Positions 52,826-64,000 of a stretch of DNA of 64,000 bases are shown here, piece after piece. The stretch is from the NCBI RefSeq assembly GCF_009914755.1, contig NC_060939.1; one strand, given 5' to 3'. Source of the stretch: the human T2T-CHM13v2.0 reference genome, Homo sapiens. The notes under the pieces were generated by a model. The model was not told the DNA's origin. It saw only the letters and a list, made by a program, of their open reading frames with translations, and searched no databases. The position numbers and the translations under genes were made by a program. The first letter of the stretch is position 1, and each line of letters opens with the position of its first letter.

Positions 52826-54614
52826 AGGAACAAGCCAAGTCACGTTCAAGGCCCAGCTTTATGAGGGACATAAAGAGATGGCCGCGTTGCTCAGGGAAGA
52901 AAAGAGAGGAAAAGTCCTAAGAGAGACCATGAACCTGTCTTGATTCCACTTACTTCACTGTTGTTTTCTTAAAATCCTCACAGTATTTTTTACTATATGC
53001 CACTCTTTAATTGAGCTAGCATGAGTAAGTCTTAACCATACATTTTATAAATCTATTGGCATAATCTGCATTCTTCCTGAATGTTCAAACTAGAATTGAG
53101 AAAATTGAAAATCGAGACCAGGATGCTGTTGAAACATGAATTCTTTCCATGATCCCCTCAGTAGAATTTAGTGAAATGAAAGGATAGCTTCCATCACGTT
53201 ATGTTTAATTCTTCCTCGATTTCATTTATCTTTTTACTTAAAACTAGTATTTTCCAACAACTACTTCCCTTAGAATCTCTGTAAGCTACAGAAATGTTAG
53301 CAGCTTACTTTGGTCATATCATGGGCCAATGCAGCAGCGCTGTCTCATGATTGTGAGCCTAATTTAACTAAAAATAGCAAGGGAAATGCTGAATTCTGAA
53401 GCATTTCTGTCGTTCCCTATAGCTGAATGGGAACGTTTTCACTCAAAGAACAGCTCCTCTTGCCTTATTGCAGCATGGAGGACTCAATCACATTTTCCCT
53501 TGAGGCTGACAACAATTAAAAACTAGCTGCCATAAGACAGTATTCACAGATATTCACAACAAACACAAATTGGTGCTTTTCATTGAGACAGGCAGTGTAT
53601 GCCACACAGACAGCAGGACTCAAGGACAACCATCTCTTTCAATGTCCAGCATCTTTGAAATGAGCTTGGCTGTTAATAAGACTAATGCCTTCAGTGTTAC
53701 TCAGTTTCATTCTTTACAGCTTTTATTTTCTCTTTAAAGACCCTACCAGTCAGTTGGGCCTCTTGATCAGTTGGGTAGAAGTTGGGAGATATACATTGTT
53801 TGGGAGGAGATCATAATTTAAGCAAAAAGCCTCCGAGGAATGAAATGCCACGTCTTTCCATTTGCAAGCATTCCCACCAGGCTCTCTTTTGGAGAACTTC
53901 CCTTCCCTTCACCTCCCCCATTTTACTATAACATTGCGTCAGATATTTAGAAATGTTTTGTTTTAATACCAAGTGACTTTCTTTTTTTTCTATATCTGTT
54001 TTCTAACCAATCTGATACTTCAAGGCAACAAATAAGAAACGGCTTTGTTATTGAATTGGGAACAAAAGATACAGTGGAGAAGCATATTAAAATGTTCAGA
54101 AAATCCTAAACTGAAATCTGTTTACTAAAGCCACCAGCTGTCACTTCCTCTCCTGGCTGTCGTGCACTACCTATCTGGAACTGTCGCCTTGCACTCATTG
54201 CCCTGACCCTACTGTATATCCGCTCTGATGTTTTCTTAGAAAAACAAGTTTACCCCCTTCCCCCTCAATTACATCTAAATGTACTCTAAATGTGCTGTCA
54301 TTCTCAATTGCATTCAATGTTCTTTTCAATTTTAAAATGGATGTTTATAAGAAGTAGCATGACAATCTATTTAAGAATAAAAGTCAAAGAATTAAACTAA
54401 ATGACCACAATAGGAATCATGAATGTGGAACTGAGAATGTTGACTTGAGTACCTAGAGTTCAATCATAAATTAAAAATCGTTAAAATGTGGTGTTTGGGG
54501 TTACAAACTCTGTTTCAAATTACAAGTAGCTGTGCCTGGCATGTTAGGATTGTTTTCTGATCTTAATGAATGCTAAAGTTGAGATTTTTCAGAAGGATAA
54601 AAAGTCTTTTTAGG

Positions 54615-56000
54615 AAACCATTACGGATCCTCGTATTTCAGTGACCCCATCCACCCACTCCCCGCTTTGCTTCAATGTTGGCAACATCTGACACCCTTTT
54701 CGGCATGTTCAGGAGAGAAGCCAAGGATTAAACCGGCCATGAAAACTCTTTTCCTTCTCAACTCACCGCTGGGAAGCGAGTGTATTCTGTAAATTCCTGT
54801 ATCTGGCCAGGAGGGCTTAGGGGATAGGGTGGGCCGCTCAGAGCTGAGACGTACTCACACTGTGGATAGATAGACGTCCGTCTCCAAAACCGCCAACTTT
54901 GCTTCTTCCACTACCGCTTGGCTCCCTGTAGTCAATCTGCATGTGATTCCTATTAAAATCCTGTTTCCTTAAAGCAACAAGGGTTTCAGCCTAGAGAATA
55001 AGATATCTGACCTCTGGAGCCCATGAGCTATCACTGCTACATATATTCACTGAATCAACTATCAGCACGCAGGCCCTATCAGCAAAGGAGAGAAATGTGC
55101 AAACTTCTTGCAGCATTAATCAAACCTGAAACGTTATTTTTAAGGTGTCACGAAATCCACGTTGACTGACTGGTCCTTTTAATCTTAATTTTGAACAGTT
55201 GCTACTCCAATTAAATTCTACCACCTAGCATTTTCAAACAGCTCCTGGTTGTTTCCACAAACTCCGTTAATGGACAGCTGTTTCTGACAGCTCCCTGATT
55301 TGCCAGTGCTGTGTTGGCTGCCGGCACAGGAGGCCCGTTCTGTATTCTGCTGCTGGCACCGGGGGATATGCAAATGAACACATGAATCAGTTGTCACCAC
55401 CACAGACACTGTGCAGGGAGACGATCAGAATGTGTGGGGAGCTTAGTTGGCTGCAAGTGAGGGGAAAAGAAGGGGGGTAGGAAAGCTTCGGTTTCTTGAA
55501 GTGAGTTTTCTTTTCTTTTTCTTTTTTGAAGTGTCTCCAGTTTATTTTCACTTTGTGGCATTCATTAGATTTCAGTTCAGGAAAGTGCAATCTGTTCCTC
55601 GCCAATCACCAACAGAAACCCTGAAAGTTTGGGAATGATAGAAACATTTCAGGTAAACACCATTAGAACTTTGGTAGCACAAGCAGAATATTATAGGCAC
55701 TTCCGTTTTTCAAATATTTCCCCATCCGAAGCGGGTGAGGGAACGATGGGGACAAAACAAAACTTTTGTTCCCCGTACGGATGTGCTCGAGAACACTTGG
55801 CTTGGGTTCCAAAGCCTGGTCATAAGTGCTCTGAATTATTTCCAGCAAGTAATGCCGAACTGCTCCACCCGCCAAGCTGAATGCTCATACACATGGTGTG
55901 AATGCGTTACATGAAGAACAGAGTGAGTGAGCCCCAGCCCCGGGGGCTTCCGTCCCGTCCCTCAGACCTAGCCGACATACGAAACAATGGAGAAACGTTG
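54615..56000. promoter_or_regulatory. CpG-retaining unique block; candidate promoter/enhancer
   Basis: ~40 CpGs by hand count in ~1.4 kb, whereas CpGs are rare elsewhere outside Alus; G4 motif at 54813-54833; octamer ATGCAAAT at 55368-55375. Confidence 0.5.
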
Positions 56001-56007
56001 TTGCTCT

Positions 56008-56624
56008 TGTGTTATTTAGGATTCAGTCAGGGAAGTAGTTCCACTAAGAGTGACACAGACTGTGGGGATTATGATGGGCTGCATCTTATGTAATTGTGGG
56101 ATGTGGTGAGGCTCCAGTCACTGTAGGTCAGCAGGACCTGTGGCTGGGAAGAAAAGCTGGACAGAAAGTGGTGACCGCAAGGACAAGTTGAAATCCGTGA
56201 GGACATACTGGAACCCGTAGAGACAAATGGGAACCTGTGAGCACAAATTGGTACTGTTTCTGTCTCTCACTGCCTGCAAGTTTGATGGCATGGGTGATCT
56301 GAAGAAGGAGTGACACCTTAGGCCACATTTCTGAACAGGACTTGGCCTAAGACTTGAAGAGACAGGAGGAGCTGGAGGAGAGGGGGTCCAAGTGGCTGCC
56401 CTTCCCAGCAAGAAGAGCCAGTGGGTCAGTGACAATATGCCCCAGCTCTGGTGAGGCTGGGAGCCCTACTCCAACTCTCTGAACCTTAGGACGACTGTTT
56501 TACTTCACCTGCCCAGTCATTTACAAATTCCTCTGCAGGCAACCTTCATTCAAACCATAACAGGAAGGCAATTCTGGAAATCATATTTCCAGCTCTGCTA
56601 GGTTGACCCTTAAAAATCACCACA
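56008..56624 (-). mobile_element. ERVL-class solo LTR (same broad family as 34242-34842), TSD gctct/gctgt
   Basis: tgtgttatttagg...caggaaggcaattctggaaatcatatttccagctctgctaggttgacccttaaaaatcaccaca; TG...CA ends. Confidence 0.78.
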
Positions 56625-57370
56625 GCTGTATACCCAGTTCCACTTTGCCTTGAGAATCCAACATGACATTGTCTACTGTGGGTTCCATACATCAGTGGTA
56701 GTACCAATCACATTACCTGGAACATGGACAAAGAAGACAGGGAGAGCTAGAGTTAGGCATGGAGTCAAGTGATGGAATTACAAGATGGCCTGGAGTGAAA
56801 TATGGTTAAAAATGTACCACTGTTCAGGGATCAAGGAGCAAATCAGTATCACATATTGGTTTTATTGAAATACTGTTAGAAGTCCTACAAGATGGGGAAA
56901 GCTAACCAGGGCCAGGTTTAGCACAGGTACAAAGAATGAGAAAGATAAAATATGATCTCGATTACACCTGGCTAACACATATTATCTGGGACTTTATGTG
57001 TCTTCTATCTAAAGAGAAATGAATACAGACTTCATTTCTAAGTTGGTTTCACATTGGTATGTCTAAGCTGATTTAAAATTGCAAATGTTTGAGAATACCT
57101 TTGTATAAGGGATACCTCAGACATGATTTAACAAGAGAGCAACAGCCAGAAGAAATCCTATGCTGTCATCAGAGTTAATTCAAAACATTTGTGGGTCTTA
57201 TGTTGCTACTCATTATCAGGAGAATGATTATAATTTCCCTTAAATCTAAAATAGGTTTAGAGTTCATAGCAGTTAATTTTCACTTATGTTTTGGATCAAG
57301 ACACCCAAATTTAATATTATTTAATCATAAAATTAACCAAAGGGTGATTGATCCTAATGGCTTTCTGGAA

Positions 57371-57455
57371 ACACACACAGACACACACACACATACACAC
57401 CCACACCACACAAACTACACAAATACACACACTAATATACATAAATATATATACA
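57371..57455. repeat. (CA)n/(TA)n low-complexity tract
   Basis: Read directly. Confidence 0.8.
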
Positions 57456-60170
57456 CAGAGAAACTATAAGTGCAATTCCTGTTCACCAGAGCCAGCCTCA
57501 CCCTCTGCTTCCAGCCCAATAGGCTTGTTGCTCCCGAAGCGTTCTTATTTATAGATATCTCTCTATACCTACACACACAAATATACGCATAAATGTATAG
57601 AACCATATATACACATAGATACTTGTGTGTATATATTTTTTCTTTATAGCAGAGAATTTTTCCATATTCATTCTCTTGTAATTATATTGAACACCTTCCC
57701 ATATCAATAATAACGAAAATATCTCATTCTTTAGATGTATTTCACTTTCTCTTTACCATAATGTATTTAACCATTCCTTTATTGATGGGCACTTAGGTTA
57801 CTCCCCTACCCGCCTTGTAAAAAATAACGGTTCCTCCAAAAAGATTCCTGGTGGCATCTATTCTCTTTTGTTTGGTCTTTTATAACTCATGTGTTGGATT
57901 CCAGGGCATGAGAGAAAACCTACGTCCTTTCACTCACCTGGCGAGTGAAGAGAACATTAACTTGTATGCTTCTCTCATTCCATAAATGTTTGGGCTATTT
58001 GCTTCTTTCTTCTCACTCAGATCGAGATTATATGATGAAGATAACAGCCGGCCTTCATACACTTGGCCCACTGCTGAGCCCACTGCACCTGAGGGAGCCA
58101 ATGATTATTTTTCTTCAGCTCTATATGGCATTGTCAAAACAGTTTTCTGAGTTTCAAAAATACATTAGAAATTTGCTTCATGGCCATAATAAAATTTATT
58201 TATTTTGAAAGAGTTAATTAGATTCATTGCTTGATGTGAACCTAATGATCAGTATAGTTCCACAGTGAAGATTCTTAGCTCTTTCCAGGTTTATAAGAAA
58301 TGCTATTTTGTATTTCTCACATCTAGATTATTTGCATAAGCATCACTTTATGATAAAGGGTTCATTTCTCCTGGACAGAATACTCCTTCCTAAGAAATAT
58401 CTCATAAAACAAGATGAAAGCAAATATTTTGCAGCCATTAGTCTGTTGTTTTCTTCATTGGAGGGATTGTGTAGATTTGCACTTAGTCTCTTAGTCAATT
58501 CGCAATCAATGCTAACAGCAGAATCACTTGTTTCTCTTCAACAAGACATCCTTCAGCTTTAGTATGTTGTGTCCTGATCATGCTCTTCATAAAAGGACTC
58601 AGACTTCAAATTCATAGGTGGCTTAGCATAATCCAGCCTATGGACCAGGTGCTTCTGCCTGGGAAACTATATAACATGTGTCAGATATGTTCTATTACTA
58701 ACTACCACTGTCCCCTTGAAAAATTTACTTCTTGTTGAAATCCATGGACTAGTGAACATAAAAATACGGTAGCCATCCCATCATTGCCGGTAACGCTTTT
58801 ATAAAAAAAAGCCCATCAGATCTCAAGAATGGAACTTTAATTAGAGTGACCTTCTCCTATCCCTTACCTTTATCTCATATTTTCATAACTCATTGTAATT
58901 CTGGAATGATGGAATTCACTACATCAGTGTTGTTAATGTTTGTCTGTGTCCCACTGTAGATTGTAAGCTACTTGCCTATCATCTGTAGCCTAGGCAATGA
59001 TGAAGGAAATGAAGAAAGGATGGAAAAAAGGAAAGAAGAAGGGATAGAAGGAGGAAAAAAAGAAAGAGAAGGGGAAAAGGATAGAAGAAGGAAACACCTT
59101 TATAGCAGCATGCTGTGGAAAATTACAACTTGAATAAAATCAAATGAGATAATGATATATTTGAATGTACCAATCATTCTACCAACATGCAAACTATTAA
59201 TACTATGCAGTCTATGCCAAGTGCAATGCTTCAAAAAAAGGCATGACTCATAGGACTGGATGGTTCATAATATTTAAAAATAGGAGTATTTCATCAGTAT
59301 ACCTGGTGTTCTCTTGAAGAGAGCTGATGGGCATGACTGATCTTTGGTAAGCAGCCTCAGAGTCACCCAACTAGAGAGCTCATCTCTAATCCAGCCCCTA
59401 ACCTGGTGCCTGCAGCTAGCCAGTTTTCAGTAAATATTGGGGAATAAATGCTTAGGTCAAGGAATTCTCACAGCTGCCTTTAGTAAGCCTATCCTCTCTG
59501 CCCATGGTTGTTAGCTGTATATGACACAAATAATAAAAATAAAAGAAAAAAAACTATAGGAATAAAAAGTAAAAATATTTAAAACTATATAATATATTAA
59601 TAATTCAAAGGAAATTAAAAGTGGATAAGGAGTGATGTGATACCAATATCACTGGAGCACATATAGGGGGGAATGGCATTGGATGAGATAGGTTCCAAAG
59701 GATCAGATGGAACAGAGCTTTGAGTCATAACTGCTTGTATTTATTCATATTTTATTATTTTAATTAATACTTATTATTCTTCAGCTTAGTTGATTTATTG
59801 AATAACCCTGTAGTTTTTAAATTTTCCTTTAAAATATTATGTTATATAGGAAAGGAATCAAGAATGACTTTATCTTCCACATCCACCTACCACAGGATAT
59901 GATATATGGCAGACACTCAAAACTAGGAGTTTGTTTATAAATAAATGACTAGTAAATATTACTGGCTAATCTGTACAAAACATTGGCGTTTGCAGAGCAT
60001 TACTTAGAAAATATTCCAATAGACCACATCTGGTTATTCACATAGTTAAGCTAATGTACATGTTATGTTTTGCTTCATCATTACATGTGTGTTTTGCATT
60101 ATGAATTAGTTTGTTATGGGCACACATTTATTTCCTGATAATTTGGAAGACCATGTTTTGATAATGTCCT

Positions 60171-60494
60171 TCATATGGTTTGGCTGTGTCCCCACCCAAA
60201 TCTCATCTTTAATTCCCATGTGTTGTGGGAGGGATCTAATAGGAGGTAATTGAATCTTGGGGGCAGGTCTTTCCCATACTGTTCTCGTGATAGTGAATAA
60301 GTCTCATGAGACCTGATGGTTTTGTAAGAAGGAGTTTCCCTGCACAAACTCTCCCTTTGCTCTTTCTTGCCTTCCACCATGATTGTGAGGCCTCCCCAGC
60401 CACGTGGAACTGAAAGTCTACTAAAACTCTTTCTTTTGTGAATTGCCCACTCTCAGGTACGTCTTTATTCACAGCATGAAAAGGGACTAACACA
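60171..60494 (+). mobile_element. THE1B-like solo LTR with 5-bp TSD GTCCT
   Basis: atatggtttggctgtgtccccacccaaatctcatc...gtgaataagtctcatgagacctgatggtttt...gactaacaca; gtcct at 60166-60170 and 60495-60499. Confidence 0.94.
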
Positions 60495-61689
60495 GTCCTC
60501 TTCCATAATGCTAAAGGCAAAAACTATATGGCTTGTTTATTTGGGGGGCAGATTTCTGCACTTTTTGTTATTCCACTTCCATATCAAACTTGACATTGTT
60601 TTTGTTTTTATCAAAGAGATATTTGGACAGAGCTCAAGAACTCTATAAATGGTAAGTAGGTAGAATGAAAAACACTGAATTTTCCAAATCCCAAATGACA
60701 AGGCTTCAGAGACGCACCGTAGATGAGTTCTGTTTATCTCTGTAAGATAAAAAATAAGCACAGCAATAAGCCCTAGAGAGACGCCTGGTTCGTAAGCCCC
60801 TTTTAAACCACACCAATGTGCTCAAACCAGCAGTGATCTAGGGAGAAAGAGAAAGATTCGGGAGGAAGACAGACCCGATTTATCCTGTGGTTTCACCTCT
60901 TGATAATGCCAAAGTTTAGGTAGTTGATTGAATACTCTGGAATGTATTTTTCTAATGTGCAAATCGACATAATAATACTTTCTTCTGAGTGTTTTATTAA
61001 GATTAAATGAAATGATGTTTTTATAGAAACTCATTAGTAGCATGATCATAGGCACATTATGCATAAGTGATGCCTATTCTCTTTGCTGATAAATACATCA
61101 AATATTCAAATTAAAATATGCTTTTTGTAAATCTAGTTGGGTGAGGTGGAACATTTAATGATTCTCTGTGTGTGCCAAGCCTGAAGGTACTTATTGACAG
61201 AAACCCAAAGCAGAAGAATAACTGTTCACACACAAATGACTTTGACACACAGAAATCAAGCATCAAGGTGTGGTAAGCGGTGGATCTGGGCAACCTTTAA
61301 AAGCATCTTATTTTACCTGGCTATTTTTTAAGTTACAAAATGAAAAGAAGAAAAGCAGTTGAGGTATCATTCTTCTCATTTTACGGGAGGGAAACTGAAG
61401 CTCAGAATGTTTCATTAAGCTACCCCAAAACACAGTTGAACAAAGTGGCGGCAGCAATTGCTATCTCATGCTATGTATGTTCTCATCTCCTCAGTCTATA
61501 GATGAGAAAACTGAGGCCTGGAGCAGGAAAGGATGGGAGGAATACACAATGGCGTTCCAGTCCAATGGCTCTGCGTTTCCAATCCTTCCTCTACCCTTTG
61601 CAAGCAGTGTGAGCTCTGACAAAAACAATTAACCTCTCTAAACCTCCATAGATTCTAAATGGTATATTTTTAATTGGCTTGTTTAGCGT

Positions 61690-61900
61690 TTCCTAAAATA
61701 TATCCCTTTGGAACACTTGTTCCATCAGATGTTTAAAAGTGTTAAATAAAAAAAAATGTTTCAGCAGTCCAATAAGTCTTGGAAACATTGGTTTAAAACA
61801 AAGTTAAGCAAGTCCCTTTACTGCAAAATCTTCACAGCCTTGAAAATGCTAATTGTATAAAAATCTCCAAGGGACTTGGGAACGAACAGGAAGCATCAAT
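61690..61900. mobile_element. MER113-like hAT-Charlie fragment
   Basis: ggaacacttgttcc...caataagtcttggaaacattggtttaaaacaaagttaagc...tttactgcaaaatcttcacagcc...atgctaat...atctccaagg. Confidence 0.6.
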
Positions 61901-62267
61901 GTTTTAAACAAAATAATTTGGGAAGTCAAGTTTTATGTGTTCCACCCCATTGTATTGTATCTTAACGTTTCTAAAAGGTGAGGGTTTTTTTTTTTATCAT
62001 TTAAACATCTTTTCAATTTTTTCATACATAACACTACAAAGATCACAATACAGAACATCCTCCCCTGAGAAGTTCCCCACCTACCCTTTCCCCGTCATCT
62101 TCCCCTAAAGGAGCCAATATTCTGGCTACTATCACTTTGGATAAGTTTTGTCTATTCAAGAACGTTATGTAAAGGAAATGTACGTATATGGAGAATATTT
62201 TTCAGTGGGCCCGGCTCCCTTATTTCTGTTTCTTTTTATTTGTTTTATTGTTACTGTTTGGGGTATT

Positions 62268-64000
62268 TTAACCAATTTATTGAGGAACAAAATTGACATA
62301 CAACAAACCACACTTATTTAAAGTATATCATTTTAGAAGTTTTGACATATGTTTACACCTGTGAAATGATCATTCACAATCAAGACAATGAACATATCTG
62401 TTCCCTCTCCAACCCTTGGTAAGTCCCTCCCTCCTTCCTGCCCTCCCCTACCATCGCTGAGCAACAGCTGCTCTGTATTCTGCCACTATAGATTAGTTTG
62501 CATTTTCCAGAATTGTATATATATTAAATGATACAATATGCACTTTTGTCTAGTTCCTTTCACTCAGAAAAAATATTTTGTAATTCATCCATGTCATTGC
62601 ATTTATTAATAGTTCATTGATTCTATTATTTAGTAATATTCTGTTATACGGATATATCATAATTTGTTTACCCATTCACAAGTTAATGCATATTTGAGTT
62701 ATTTCCAGTTATTGACTGTTACAAACGATGCTGCTCTGAACATCTATGTACAAGTCTTTGGATGGGCATATGCTTTCATTACTCTTGGGTAATACCTAAG
62801 GTGGAAATGGCTGAATCGTATGGTAGGTATGTGTTTTACTTTTTCAAAAAGTGCTGATGCACGTTTCAAAGTTTGAACAGCATGTTACATTCTCACCAGC
62901 AATGAATAAGAATTCCAGTTTCTCCACACCTCTCTAAGACTTAGTATAGTCAGTTTTTTGTTTAATTTCAGTCATTTTAATAGACTTGTAGTAGTAACTC
63001 TTCATGGGTTTAATTTGCGTTTCCCTAATGACTAATGGTGGTGGGCCTCTTTCTATGTGCTGATTGGCTACATCTAATTTGGTGAGACGTATGTTCAAAC
63101 TTTGTGTCCATAGTTTTATTGCATTTTTTTCTTACTGAATTTTGAGACTTCTTGATATATCCTGCATACAATTCCTTTATGGGTTACATAATTTGAGATC
63201 ACTTTCTTACAGTCTGTAGCTTATCTTTTCAATCTCTTAATGATGTATTTTGAAGAACAGAAACTTTGAATTTTGGGGAAGCCCAATTTATCAATTTATG
63301 TTTTCCTAAATTATGCTTTTGCTGTCACAGCTAAGAAATATTTGCCTAACTCCTGGTCACAAAGATTCATACTATATTTTATTTTAGAAATTTCATGGCG
63401 TTAAGTTGTTCTTTAGCTCTTTTATACAGCTTGAGTTTTTATATATACCGTAAGGTATGCTTAGGATTTTATTTTTTCTTATAGATTTCCACATGTTCTA
63501 GTACCACTTATTTAAAAAAGACTATTATTTCTACACTCAATTGTTTTTGCACTTTCACTGAAAATCATTTGTTTGCCTATATATTTAGCTGGAAATTTCT
63601 GGACTCTATTCTGTTCCACTGACTTATTTTTGTATCTTTGTATCAGTACCACATTGTCTTGATGACAATAGCTTTATAGATTTTAAAGTCAGGTAGTGTT
63701 AATTCTCCAATTTTGTTCTCCTTCAAATTGTTTTGGCTCTTCTTAGTCCTTTGAAGTTCTATGTAAATTTTAGAATCATCTTTTCAAGGCCTATGAAAAT
63801 CCCATGAGATGTTGCGTGCGATTGTGTTAAATTTGTAAATGACTGGGATAAATTGGCATTTTAACAATATTGAGTCCTTCAGAGATAATCACAGTGTATC
63901 CCTTCATTTCTTTATGCCTTTGATACTTTGTCTCAGCTGGGTTTTTAAAGTTTTTATTATATAGGTTTTGCACATCTTTTGTCAGATTTCTATCTAAGTA
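62268..64000 (-). mobile_element. L1MC-type element (3' UTR into ORF2), continuing past the window end
   Basis: tttattgagg...aattgacatacaacaaacc...cacaatcaagacaatgaacatatc...tagattagtttgcattttccagaatt...ttaatttgcgtttccctaatgactaatg. Confidence 0.9.

Overview
Primate (human-like) AT-rich non-coding genomic DNA, intergenic or deep intronic. No protein-coding gene, and no novel protein-encoded system, can be supported. The listed ORFs come from decayed L1/L2/Alu/LTR sequence or from (TA/CA/TG)n repeats. Roughly half the window is transposon-derived: L1 of many ages (one with a twin-priming 5' inversion), L2, MIR, Alu (FAM, J, S, Y), THE1/MLT1/MLT2/ERVL LTRs and DNA-transposon MITEs (MER1A, MER44A, MER81, MER58C, MER113-like). 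Items the ORF track misses: (1) a ~5.1 kb minus-strand ERVL provirus relic (5'LTR-gag-pro-RT-RNaseH-start of IN, ~29.7-34.8 kb); (2) a 3'-truncated 5S rRNA pseudogene nested in an MLT2 LTR nested in an old L1; (3) a 36-nt U2 snRNA retrocopy; (4) two patchwork templated-insertion scars; (5) a ~1.4 kb CpG-retaining unique block with a G4 and an octamer, directly downstream of a minus-strand solo ERVL LTR, plus a 63-nt minus-strand exon-like segment with good splice signals. Item (5) is the best, but speculative, candidate for an unannotated functional unit (LTR/CpG-driven spliced transcript or enhancer). Repeat subfamily names come from remembered consensus sequences, and boundaries of old elements are approximate.
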